Made by a program: the position numbers and the translations under genes. Positions 45,484 to 53,220 of a DNA stretch of 64,000 nt are shown piece after piece. The first letter of the stretch is position 1. Every line of letters begins with the position of its first letter. The stretch is from an uncultured Gemmatimonadales bacterium (GTDB taxonomy: Bacteria; Gemmatimonadota; Gemmatimonadetes; Longimicrobiales; RSA9): assembly GCA_963708135.1 (NCBI GenBank), contig OY970192.1:4704001-4768000 (forward strand), written 5' to 3'. Under the pieces are notes generated by a model. The model was not told the origin of the DNA. It ran no database searches and saw only the letters and a program-made list of their open reading frames with translations.

Positions 45484-46545
45484 ATGGTGTTCTTCTCGAA
45501 TCTCTTTAGTCGCCGCACTTCCCAGCACAGTGCGGTCCCCGCTTCGCCCCAGCCCTCGCCGGCGGCCAGCTCCGACCCCTACCTCGTGGCCCAGCGGCCG
45601 CTGGTGCTGCTGGCAGACGACGAGCTGGAGTCGCTTCCGCAGCTCGAGTACATCGTGCCGGGAATGATTCCCGCCGGTGGCTTCGTCGTGCTGGTGGGTG
45701 CTCCCGGCTGCGGCAAGACGTTCCTGGTCCTCGACATCGTCATGAGCGTGGCGACCGGTCTGCCGTGGCACGGGCGCGACGTGGTCCGGGGTCCCGTCGT
45801 CTATGTCGCCGGCGAGGGGGTACGTGGTCTCACGAGCCGCATCGTAGCCTGGAAGGAGGAGCAGGCATTCGCCGGCAGGGCAGGCGTCTTCGTGCTCCCG
45901 CAGGCGACTGCCCTCGCGCAGCCTGACGAGGTGGCTCGGCTGATTGCCGCCATCGGCGCGTTGCCGGCGCCTCCGCTTGCGGTCGTCATCGATACCCTCG
46001 CCAGGAACATGGGGGAGGGCGACGAGAACAGCGCTCGGGACGTCGCCCGGCTGACCGCCGGGGTCAACCGGATTCGTCACGCGACGGGCGCCACGGTCAT
46101 CCTCGTCCACCACACGGGACTCAAGGGCGAGCGTGAACGTGGCAGTTCGGCGCTGCGTGGCAACGCAGACACGACCATGCTCCTGCGTGGGAGCAGGACC
46201 GGGCTCGTGCGGCTGGACTGCCTGAAGCAGAAGGAGGACGAGCCGTTCGCCAGCATGGCCCTCCAGCTGACGAAGCGCGGCGACTCCTGCGTGCTGCTGC
46301 CGGCACCGCCGAACACCTCGGCCGGGCCCGCGGTTTCACCCACCGAGCTGCGCGCGCTCCGCGCTCTGGCGGCCGCAATGCCGAACGGCCTCAGCTACTC
46401 GGCGTGGGGCACTGCGTGCGGGGCCAAGGGCGGTGCGTTCGACCGCATCACGAAGGCCTTCGTACGCGACGGGCTGGTGGCCGGCGGCGGCGGCAAGGGC
46501 GTTCCCTACGTGCTGACACCCCTCGGGATCAGCGCCGCAGCCTGA
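45484..46545 (+). CDS. RepA/DnaB-like (AAA_25) replicative helicase with C-terminal wHTH
   Basis: GAPGCGKTF, VVYVAGEG, VVIDTLAR...GDENS, VHH.G and RGSSAL.G..D motifs. Confidence 0.88.
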   Translation: MVFFSNLFSRRTSQHSAVPASPQPSPAASSDPYLVAQRPLVLLADDELESLPQLEYIVPGMIPAGGFVVLVGAPGCGKTFLVLDIVMSVATGLPWHGRDVVRGPVVYVAGEGVRGLTSRIVAWKEEQAFAGRAGVFVLPQATALAQPDEVARLIAAIGALPAPPLAVVIDTLARNMGEGDENSARDVARLTAGVNRIRHATGATVILVHHTGLKGERERGSSALRGNADTTMLLRGSRTGLVRLDCLKQKEDEPFASMALQLTKRGDSCVLLPAPPNTSAGPAVSPTELRALRALAAAMPNGLSYSAWGTACGAKGGAFDRITKAFVRDGLVAGGGGKGVPYVLTPLGISAAA

Positions 46546-46562
46546 CGGTCTCCCTGCCACCA

Positions 46563-46616
46563 CGAAACAGTACCCCCACTCCGGTCCTACGAGACCGGAG
46601 TGGGGGTACTGTTTCG
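46563..46616. repeat. Perfect 24-bp inverted repeat with 6-nt loop (candidate origin/cruciform)
   Basis: CGAAACAGTACCCCCACTCCGGTC (46563-46586), CTACGA, GACCGGAGTGGGGGTACTGTTTCG (46593-46616). Confidence 0.9.
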
Positions 46617-46703
46617 GCGCCGGACTCCGCGCGCAGAGCCGTGTCCCGTAGACCGGTACAGGACGGCACGATGCCGTTCCCGAAACCAGCCGCGGAGCAA
46701 TCA

Positions 46704-47054
46704 ATGACACGGCCCATCCTGCTGCCCGCCGACCGCCAGCTCGAGTTCACCTTCGACTCCTACATGGAGGAGCTCGAAGCGCTTGACGCAGCCCTCGGAG
46801 CCCACCTCCTCGACACTGCGCTGACACCTGGCGCAGCCGCCACGACTGGCCGCCGCGGCTCGCCGGCCTGGTGGCGGACGCAGGTCATGGCCTGGTGCGG
46901 CCTCGCTTCCACCGCAGCACGGTTCGACCCGGAGGCGGTCGGCTCGGCCGCCATGGCTGCGCAGCACATGGAGGACTACCTGCTCATGCCGTGGATTCGT
47001 TCTCTCCTCGCAGCAGGCGCCGCCGTCGACCAGCCGGACAGGCCCGCCGCCTGA
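46704..47054 (+). CDS. Hypothetical protein
   Basis: GGAG before the ATG at 46704; 116 aa with protein-like composition. Confidence 0.55.
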   Translation: MTRPILLPADRQLEFTFDSYMEELEALDAALGAHLLDTALTPGAAATTGRRGSPAWWRTQVMAWCGLASTAARFDPEAVGSAAMAAQHMEDYLLMPWIRSLLAAGAAVDQPDRPAA

Positions 47055-47079
47055 GCGACCGCCGAAGAGGGGGTTCTCA

Positions 47080-47120
47080 CAGCGGGTCGCACTCCCACAC
47101 CATGTGAGTGCGACCCGCTG
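47080..47120. repeat. Perfect 15-bp inverted repeat
   Basis: CAGCGGGTCGCACTC (47080-47094) and GAGTGCGACCCGCTG (47106-47120). Confidence 0.85.
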
Positions 47121-47168
47121 CGGGCCGCCGCCGCACGGCGATAATCCCCAGAACGCAGGAACCTGAAC

Positions 47169-47480
47169 ATGCGCGCAGTCATTGACGGGAAGCGGTACAA
47201 CACGGAGACGGCCACGGAGGTCGCCTGCATCGAAAATGGGCACAACCTGAGCGACTTCGAATACTTCACGGAGGGGCTGTACCACACCGGGAAGGGTGCC
47301 TGGTTCCTCGCCGGCTGGGGAAACGCTCGGTCGCCGTATGGGACGGTGGCCGGCAACACCCGCGGCTCAGGCGAGCGAATCACCGTCCTGACCCCGGCCG
47401 AGGCGCAGGAGTGGCTGGAGGAGCACGGCAAGGTGGACGCCCTGGAGGCATACTTCGGCGAGCTGATCGAGGACGCATAG
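47169..47480 (+). CDS. Small acidic phage/MGE-type hypothetical protein
   Basis: AGGA RBS; I.GKRYNTETA....LY.T.KG.WFL.G.G...S.Y pattern recalled from mobile-element hypothetical proteins. Confidence 0.7.
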   Translation: MRAVIDGKRYNTETATEVACIENGHNLSDFEYFTEGLYHTGKGAWFLAGWGNARSPYGTVAGNTRGSGERITVLTPAEAQEWLEEHGKVDALEAYFGELIEDA

Positions 47481-47699
47481 CCATTACGCGGCCATTATCG
47501 GGAGCCGCCAAGTCCTGCGCGTGCGGTCGTAGGAGGCGGGAGTCAATCATCGTCAGGCCGAAGGGGGAGAACCGCGTCCCGCCGTTGCACCCCAGTATCG
47601 AGCGCCGTCGGCAAGTGCCGGCGGCGCTCGGCCGTTAGAGCTACACCCGCATCTTCGTCAAAGCCTGCCGAACATCTGTGAGTCGGAGCCCCATTGCCC

Positions 47700-48548
47700 T
47701 CATTCGCCCGCAGGCACAACCTGCTTCTTGCTGCGCCGACGGCGCGTCGAGTGGGCCGGCGAGCTTGCGTCTGCGGCCGTCGGCGGCGTCGGGCAGTTAC
47801 GCAGGTCCTGGAGCGCGCGGTCACGCTCGATTTCCACGGCGCCGAGCTGGCGTAGAAGTTCCTCGCAGCGCGCCCGCACAGCGTTGCTCTCCAGACTCTT
47901 GCGCTCAAGCTCCGCGGCCGCCGCCCGAGCCGTGGCGCCTGCCGCAGCGGCCTCGGCCTCGGCCCGGCTGCGCCCTGCACCCCGCCTCGCGACCTCTTCC
48001 TGCGCCCGCGTGAGCGCGTCCGTGAGCGCGAGCCGTTCCCGGCTGTGGGACTCGTTCTCGGACCGTCGGAGCTCCTCGGCGGCGTCACGGGCGGTGCCCG
48101 CCTCGCCCAGCGCCGTGGCCAGCCGCTCGACTTCTGCGCGCAGCTCCTGCACTTCAGCTTCGCAGGCCGCGAGGTCCTCGTTCAGCAGGGAGAGATTCGT
48201 CTCGGCTGTCCGCATGGCCGCCTCGTGCCGGGCCGCGGCTGCGGTCTCCGCCGAACGGGCGCGGTCGAGCTCGGCGACGCGTACCGCCGTCAGCTGCCGG
48301 ATGATGTCAGCGGTTACACGCGCGAGCCCGTCCCGGAGACAGACAGGCAGTTCCGGGTCGGCCGTGGCTGTCTCAGTCCCGACTGCCGGCAGCACGCGGT
48401 CCGCCGCGGCCTCGCGGACGCGCCGCACGACTGCCATGAGGCGTTCCCGCTGCCCGCCGCCGGCGACCCGCTTCAAGCGGTCGACCGACAGCTCGCCGCG
48501 TGCGTGGAGGTCTTCCGCGGCGGCCAAGAGCTCTTCTTCGGATTTCAT
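47700..48548 (-). CDS. KfrA-like DNA-binding coiled-coil protein (5' end interrupted by IS4)
   Basis: AAEDLHARGELSVDRLKRVAGGG KfrA_N-like HTH followed by a long Ala/Glu/Arg coiled coil. Confidence 0.7.
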   Translation of the reverse strand: MKSEEELLAAAEDLHARGELSVDRLKRVAGGGQRERLMAVVRRVREAAADRVLPAVGTETATADPELPVCLRDGLARVTADIIRQLTAVRVAELDRARSAETAAAARHEAAMRTAETNLSLLNEDLAACEAEVQELRAEVERLATALGEAGTARDAAEELRRSENESHSRERLALTDALTRAQEEVARRGAGRSRAEAEAAAAGATARAAAAELERKSLESNAVRARCEELLRQLGAVEIERDRALQDLRNCPTPPTAADASSPAHSTRRRRSKKQVVPAGE

Positions 48549-48557
48549 GGGGGTTCT

Positions 48558-49879
48558 CAGTAGTGTCCGGTCACAAGTTGAAGAGCGACAACTGGTTACG
48601 ATCGGAGGGGACTTCGGGGGTGTAGGCCGAACGCGTAAGTACTTGTGCGAGAGGGGCTTTCTCGAACGCATAGACGCTCAGGATCTGTAGAATTGTGTAG
48701 AGTTCGCGCTCGATCCGGAGCCGCTTGCGGACGATCGCGACGAGGACGTAAACGCTGATCGCGATCCAGATCTGCGTGCGCACAGCGTTCGCGCTCGTGC
48801 CGAAGAAGCGCTTGATCCTGAGGTGCTGCTTGATCCATTTGAAGAAGAGCTCGATCTGCCACCGCAGGCGGTAGAGCTCGGCCACGGTAACGGCGGGCAG
48901 CGCGACGTCGTTGGTCAGAAGGACGAGGTCCTGCCCGGACCCTGCGTCCTTGAAACGCACGCGGCGAAGCCGGTCGGGATAGGCCCTGGCAGACCGGGGC
49001 AGCGCAAGGCGGATGATCTGATCACAGAAGACGCCGGTGGTGCGATCGACGGGTCCTGAGGAGAGCCGGTTGAACTTGAGGTTTGCCTTGGCGCGAACGA
49101 CGAAGGTGGCCCGGTGCTGATCGAGTCGGTAGAGCCGGGCGAAGTCGACGTAGCCGCGGTCCAGGACGTAGATCGATCCGGGCTCCGGGATAAGCGCATC
49201 GAGGATGCGCACATCGTGGGTGCTCGCGTCCGTGATCCAGGCGTAGGCGGGGATCCTGCCTGCCAAGTCGAGCAGTGTATGCAGCTTCACGCCGCCTTTG
49301 CTCGTACGAAACGAGGCCCAGGGGAACAGCGACAAACACAGGTCGATCGTGGTGGAATCCAGCGCGTAGACGGTGTTCGTGAGCTCGATCCCCAACGTGT
49401 CGTCGGCGTAGAGCCGACGCGCGTCTGCGATCAGGCGTTGAGCGAAATCGGCGTAGATGCGCCAGTCGCGATTCTCGTTCGCATCGGCGAGCGTGCTGCG
49501 AGAGAGCGGCGAACGGAAGCCAAGATGGTACAGCTTCTCGGGGGCCGCCCCGAGGGTGGCCTCGAGGTCCCGCAGGCTCTCCCGGTAGGTGAGCTGGGCA
49601 AAGGCCATGGCGAGGAACTGGTCCCGACACGAGAAACGTCGGACCCTCCGGTTGCCGTGGTAGCGGCGGATGCACCGATCGAGCGCGAAGCGAGATGCGT
49701 GGGCCATCACCTGTGAGAAAACCGTGCTTCCGGGATTCATGCGCTACTCCGGCCGGGGGGTCCGGGCAGGATAGCGGCGCAGGAGCGAAGTTCAAATCGG
49801 TGCGGCAACCAAAACGTCGTAACGCACCATGTAGCAATCCGTTACGGCATCATCATCTCAGCTTAACCGGACAGTACTG
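48558..49879 (-). mobile_element. IS4 family insertion sequence (1322 bp)
   Basis: Terminal IRs CAGTAGTGTCCGGT (48558-48571) and ACCGGACAGTACTG (49866-49879), 13/14 match; 9-bp target duplication GGGGGTTCT at 48549-48557 and 49880-49888. Confidence 0.95.
48571..49740 (-). CDS. IS4 family DDE transposase
   Basis: QLTYRESLRD, STLADAN, ALDSTTI, KLHTL, DRGY and YRLRWQIELFFKWIKQ (YREK motif). Confidence 0.96.
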   Translation of the reverse strand: MNPGSTVFSQVMAHASRFALDRCIRRYHGNRRVRRFSCRDQFLAMAFAQLTYRESLRDLEATLGAAPEKLYHLGFRSPLSRSTLADANENRDWRIYADFAQRLIADARRLYADDTLGIELTNTVYALDSTTIDLCLSLFPWASFRTSKGGVKLHTLLDLAGRIPAYAWITDASTHDVRILDALIPEPGSIYVLDRGYVDFARLYRLDQHRATFVVRAKANLKFNRLSSGPVDRTTGVFCDQIIRLALPRSARAYPDRLRRVRFKDAGSGQDLVLLTNDVALPAVTVAELYRLRWQIELFFKWIKQHLRIKRFFGTSANAVRTQIWIAISVYVLVAIVRKRLRIERELYTILQILSVYAFEKAPLAQVLTRSAYTPEVPSDRNQLSLFNL

Positions 49880-50110
49880 GGGGGTTCTCATTCTCGGCCT
49901 CTTTCCGGAACGGACCGGAATCCGGCGGTCCGATTCCCTATTCTGTTCTGGTCTGGTGCGGCCCTGCGGCCGCATGAGACACCGTACGGGACCGCCGGGG
50001 CTGGCGAGAATCCGGTTGTCGAACCGCAATAGCGAGCACGGATGGCGGAGGCGTTACTCCGGTGGCTACCCGCGGCCACAATGAATTGGGTGCGTGAGCG
50101 CGTGAGATGC

Positions 50111-50140
50111 TTGACGGGGACGAGGCGCCGACTGTACTTT
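50111..50140 (+). promoter_or_regulatory. Putative sigma70 promoter of the defence-like operon
   Basis: TTGACG-18 bp-TACTTT, 27 nt upstream of the first ORF. Confidence 0.45.
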
Positions 50141-50167
50141 GGTCGGCGGCAATGAGTAGGTGAGCGC

Positions 50168-51460
50168 GTGAAAGGGTTTCGCTTGGACACAACAAGCTAT
50201 CTATCCAACCTCGGCATCGAGCTGGCCGCGCCCGCGCTCCCAACTATTGGTCGCCTGGCGCTGATGGGGGAGTTCCTCCTCGGCGGCAACCGCGGTGTGC
50301 TCCTTCGCCCCAAGCGTGGCAAGATCTCCACCCGGTATCTGGAGGTGCTCGGCCGTGAGGGCTTCGGGCTTGCGGTCATTGATGGAACTGGCTTCCCCAC
50401 GTTTTACGCCCGCGAGGGCGAGGAATTTGTACCGATCCGGGCCTTGCCCGTACTCCACCGGCGGTTTTTCCCCTCGGAAGCCGTCCTCGACGCATGGGCG
50501 GGTCTCATCCGCGATGCGGCAACTCGAGGGGAAGCGGCGCGAGTGGGCGTGGGGCAGTTGCTTACCTGGCTCGGGGACGACTCACGCTTCGACGCGGCCC
50601 TCGTGCTTCCGCACGGAGACCTGCCCATCGAGCAACTTGGTGGAGACGAAACGGTAAGCGCCGAGCCCTTCCGAACGGCGGCCGCCTTGCTCGCCGGGTT
50701 TCGAGCGCAACCCGAGTCGCCCGAGGAGGTCGTTCGCCTGCTGGGCGCGGTCTCGCCGCTTCTCACCGACATTGGTGATGTCTCTGGTCTGATGGAAACC
50801 CTCACGCCGCTGGTCCGCGTTGACGGGCTCGGAGCCCACCGATTGTTGGTCTCGCATGGCATCGGTGCGGAAGTGGCTGCCCTCTTCGGAGCGGAAGGCA
50901 CGATGGTCCTGCCGATCGAGCTCCGAGTTCTTGAGCCGCTGCTGCTGCGGCTGCTGCCCAGCATCGACTGTGTGTTTACCGACTTTCTGCAGTTGAGCTC
51001 GGAGCGCTCCTACGACGGTGTCATCGTAGTCCCTCCGGTCGGTATTCGCCTCAGCGGAGCCCAGCTTGGCGGATACGATCTCGCGAAGCGGGGAGGCAAG
51101 GTACGCAGCGGTGTGGCCGCAGAGCTGCTGTTCGTGGAGCGCGCCCTCGCAGCAGTGGTCGATGGTGGTCTCCTTGTGACGGTTCTGTCGGAAGGCTTGC
51201 TCTCGAGCGCCGGTCATGTGGACTTCCGAGAGTGGCTGCTTGATCGCGCGCGCCTGCTGGCGGTCGTCAGCCTCCCTGCGGGAACCTGCTTCCCCGGGAG
51301 CGGGGTGAAATGCTCCGTCGTGCTGCTCCGAAAGCCGCCCGAAAAAGACTACTCGATCCTCATGGTCGAGGTAGAGGCAGACGACCTCACAGGCGAAATC
51401 GCGGCGGCACAATCGAAGCTCCAGGAGTTCCTCGAACGGGAGGTGCCGGCATCCGCGTAG
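50168..51460 (+). CDS. Degenerate N6-adenine methyltransferase-fold protein (HsdM C-terminal-like, probably inactive)
   Basis: YDGVIVVPPVG replaces FD.ILTNPPFG; ELLFVER...GG.L..VL.EG.L, FREWL and AVVSLP..F retained; no recognisable motif I. Confidence 0.7.
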   Translation: MKGFRLDTTSYLSNLGIELAAPALPTIGRLALMGEFLLGGNRGVLLRPKRGKISTRYLEVLGREGFGLAVIDGTGFPTFYAREGEEFVPIRALPVLHRRFFPSEAVLDAWAGLIRDAATRGEAARVGVGQLLTWLGDDSRFDAALVLPHGDLPIEQLGGDETVSAEPFRTAAALLAGFRAQPESPEEVVRLLGAVSPLLTDIGDVSGLMETLTPLVRVDGLGAHRLLVSHGIGAEVAALFGAEGTMVLPIELRVLEPLLLRLLPSIDCVFTDFLQLSSERSYDGVIVVPPVGIRLSGAQLGGYDLAKRGGKVRSGVAAELLFVERALAAVVDGGLLVTVLSEGLLSSAGHVDFREWLLDRARLLAVVSLPAGTCFPGSGVKCSVVLLRKPPEKDYSILMVEVEADDLTGEIAAAQSKLQEFLEREVPASA

Positions 51461-52833
51461 CCACGCTCTCCCGCAGCGGCCTCGGAAAGTCGCACGTTCG
51501 ACTCGACCCCGCCTTCTACGTCGGCCGCGACCTGGTTCGCTCGACGATGAATTCCGAGAGCAGTCGACACGTTCGCCTGGAGGACATGGTCGAGTTCATT
51601 CAGGACGGGGCGCGGCTGCCGTCGGCAGAGCCGGGCATTCCGATGCTCCGCTTGAACAACGTGCTGCCCTGCGAGCTCGACTTGAGCGGCATGGCCCTCG
51701 TCGACGGCGCCGCGGCCAAGTGGGTGAGCGTTCGGGAGCATGATGTCCTGTTTACGCGTGCTGCTCAGCCGTTTCGCGCCGCCGCTGTGCAGCCCGGCGT
51801 GCCGGCGGAGCTCGCCGCGTCGTCGGAGCTCAGCATCATTCGGCCCCGGCCGGCCGTATTGCCCGAGTATCTCGCCGCAGTCTTCTGCACACCAACGCTC
51901 AACCAGATTCTGCGACACCTCGCCTATCGGGGCCGCTCGTCGGCTCTCCCGCGCCTGCGTTTATCGGACATCGCACGCCTGCCCATCCCGCTCCCCCCGA
52001 GGAGTCTGCAGGAGGCGCTGCGGCAGCAGTATCAAGGGGCGGTCGACCTCACCGCGAGCGCGCGTGTCGAAATCAGCGCAGTGGTGTCGGCAATTCATGC
52101 CGAGATTGATCACCGCGTCTGGGGTACGGAGCCTCCCAGGAGAGCCATCGAGGTGCGTCGCTCATACCTGCCAAACCGCTGGGATGTGCCATACAATCGC
52201 GGCCGCGGTTTCCGAGAATCCTTGGCTGCGTCCTCAACGATGCGACCGCTGCTTCAGCTTGCGAGTCCGCGGACGTCGAGCCTCAGCGGTCTCACCGACG
52301 AGGAGGAAGTCTTCCTTGTTCAGGCCAACGACGTGAACGAGGCGAGCTTCCTCGTCGAGGGCGGAGAGAACCGTTCTCTCGCGGGACTCTCGTCTCGCAT
52401 GCGCCAGCGGCTCGAAGTCGGGGATGTCCTCCTCTGCACGACGGGATCGGGCGATCAGGTCGCCTACTTGGATGAGGATCTCGGACGCGGCGGAGAGTCG
52501 ATCCTCGGAAGTGCGACGTTCACGGCTCTTCGCTTCCGCGAGACACCCCGCGTCTTCGCTGTCGCTCTCGCCCATCCTGTGGTACGCGAGCAGCTGCGCC
52601 TGCTCTCGTCAGGGTCAGTGCAGCGCTTCATCAACAAGCGTGACCTCGACGATCTTCTCGTCCCCGTTCTCGGTGCTGTTTGGCGCGGGGACTTCGAGAC
52701 GAGGCTCACCCAAGCGATGCAGCGGCGCCGGGAGGCTTTGCGGGCGCGGAGTGCGCTCATCGAGGTGGCCGACGAGTACCTGAGGGAGTTGAGCAGTCCT
52801 TCCCTTGCCCTTGCCGGGGGAAAGGACGCATGA
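51451..52833 (+). CDS. HsdS-like specificity subunit 1 (start uncertain: ATC at 51451 or ATG at 51547)
   Basis: RLDPAFY, P.LRL.N, DVLFTR, PEYLAA, L.IPLPP..Q and a second TRD-like repeat (GDVLL...G, INK.DL..L.VP). Confidence 0.7.
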   Translation: MRVATLSRSGLGKSHVRLDPAFYVGRDLVRSTMNSESSRHVRLEDMVEFIQDGARLPSAEPGIPMLRLNNVLPCELDLSGMALVDGAAAKWVSVREHDVLFTRAAQPFRAAAVQPGVPAELAASSELSIIRPRPAVLPEYLAAVFCTPTLNQILRHLAYRGRSSALPRLRLSDIARLPIPLPPRSLQEALRQQYQGAVDLTASARVEISAVVSAIHAEIDHRVWGTEPPRRAIEVRRSYLPNRWDVPYNRGRGFRESLAASSTMRPLLQLASPRTSSLSGLTDEEEVFLVQANDVNEASFLVEGGENRSLAGLSSRMRQRLEVGDVLLCTTGSGDQVAYLDEDLGRGGESILGSATFTALRFRETPRVFAVALAHPVVREQLRLLSSGSVQRFINKRDLDDLLVPVLGAVWRGDFETRLTQAMQRRREALRARSALIEVADEYLRELSSPSLALAGGKDA

Positions 52834-53207
52834 CCGGCCTCATCACCACGAAGATCCGTGACTTCCTGATCGGCCGTGGTCCTGCGACGCCCGAACGCGT
52901 GGCGGAGGCCGTCCCCGAGCTCGCGGAGGCGGGAGGTGCGGAGCGGGCCCTCTTGCTGATGCGGCTCGACCCCGCCCTCGAGCGCACCGGAAGCGAGATG
53001 TGGGCGGCTCGAGGAACCGCCATCACCGACGACCGCCGCGTGCGAATGGCGGCTGAGAAGTTCTTCGATGGGCGGCCGGGCGCTCCGCTAGGGAGCGTTA
53101 TCCGCGCGGTGGCAAGCGAGACCGGTCTGCCCGAGCACCAGGCGCGTGAGCTCCTCACCGCACAGTTCGTCGTGGCGGGCACGAACATTTTTAACCGGCG
53201 ACGGTAG
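52830..53207 (+). CDS. Small winged-helix-like hypothetical protein
   Basis: AAGGA RBS, ATGA overlap; IRDFL...GPAT.E.VA.AV pattern. Confidence 0.6.
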   Translation: MTGLITTKIRDFLIGRGPATPERVAEAVPELAEAGGAERALLLMRLDPALERTGSEMWAARGTAITDDRRVRMAAEKFFDGRPGAPLGSVIRAVASETGLPEHQARELLTAQFVVAGTNIFNRRR

Positions 53208-53220
53208 CGAAACGACCCCT

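Noticed and set aside
46571..46606. Palindrome as a member of the host GAGTGGG repeat family
   Set aside because: It contains CCCCCACTC/GAGTGGGGG only once per arm, in the opposite order and without tandem octamers; probably coincidental.
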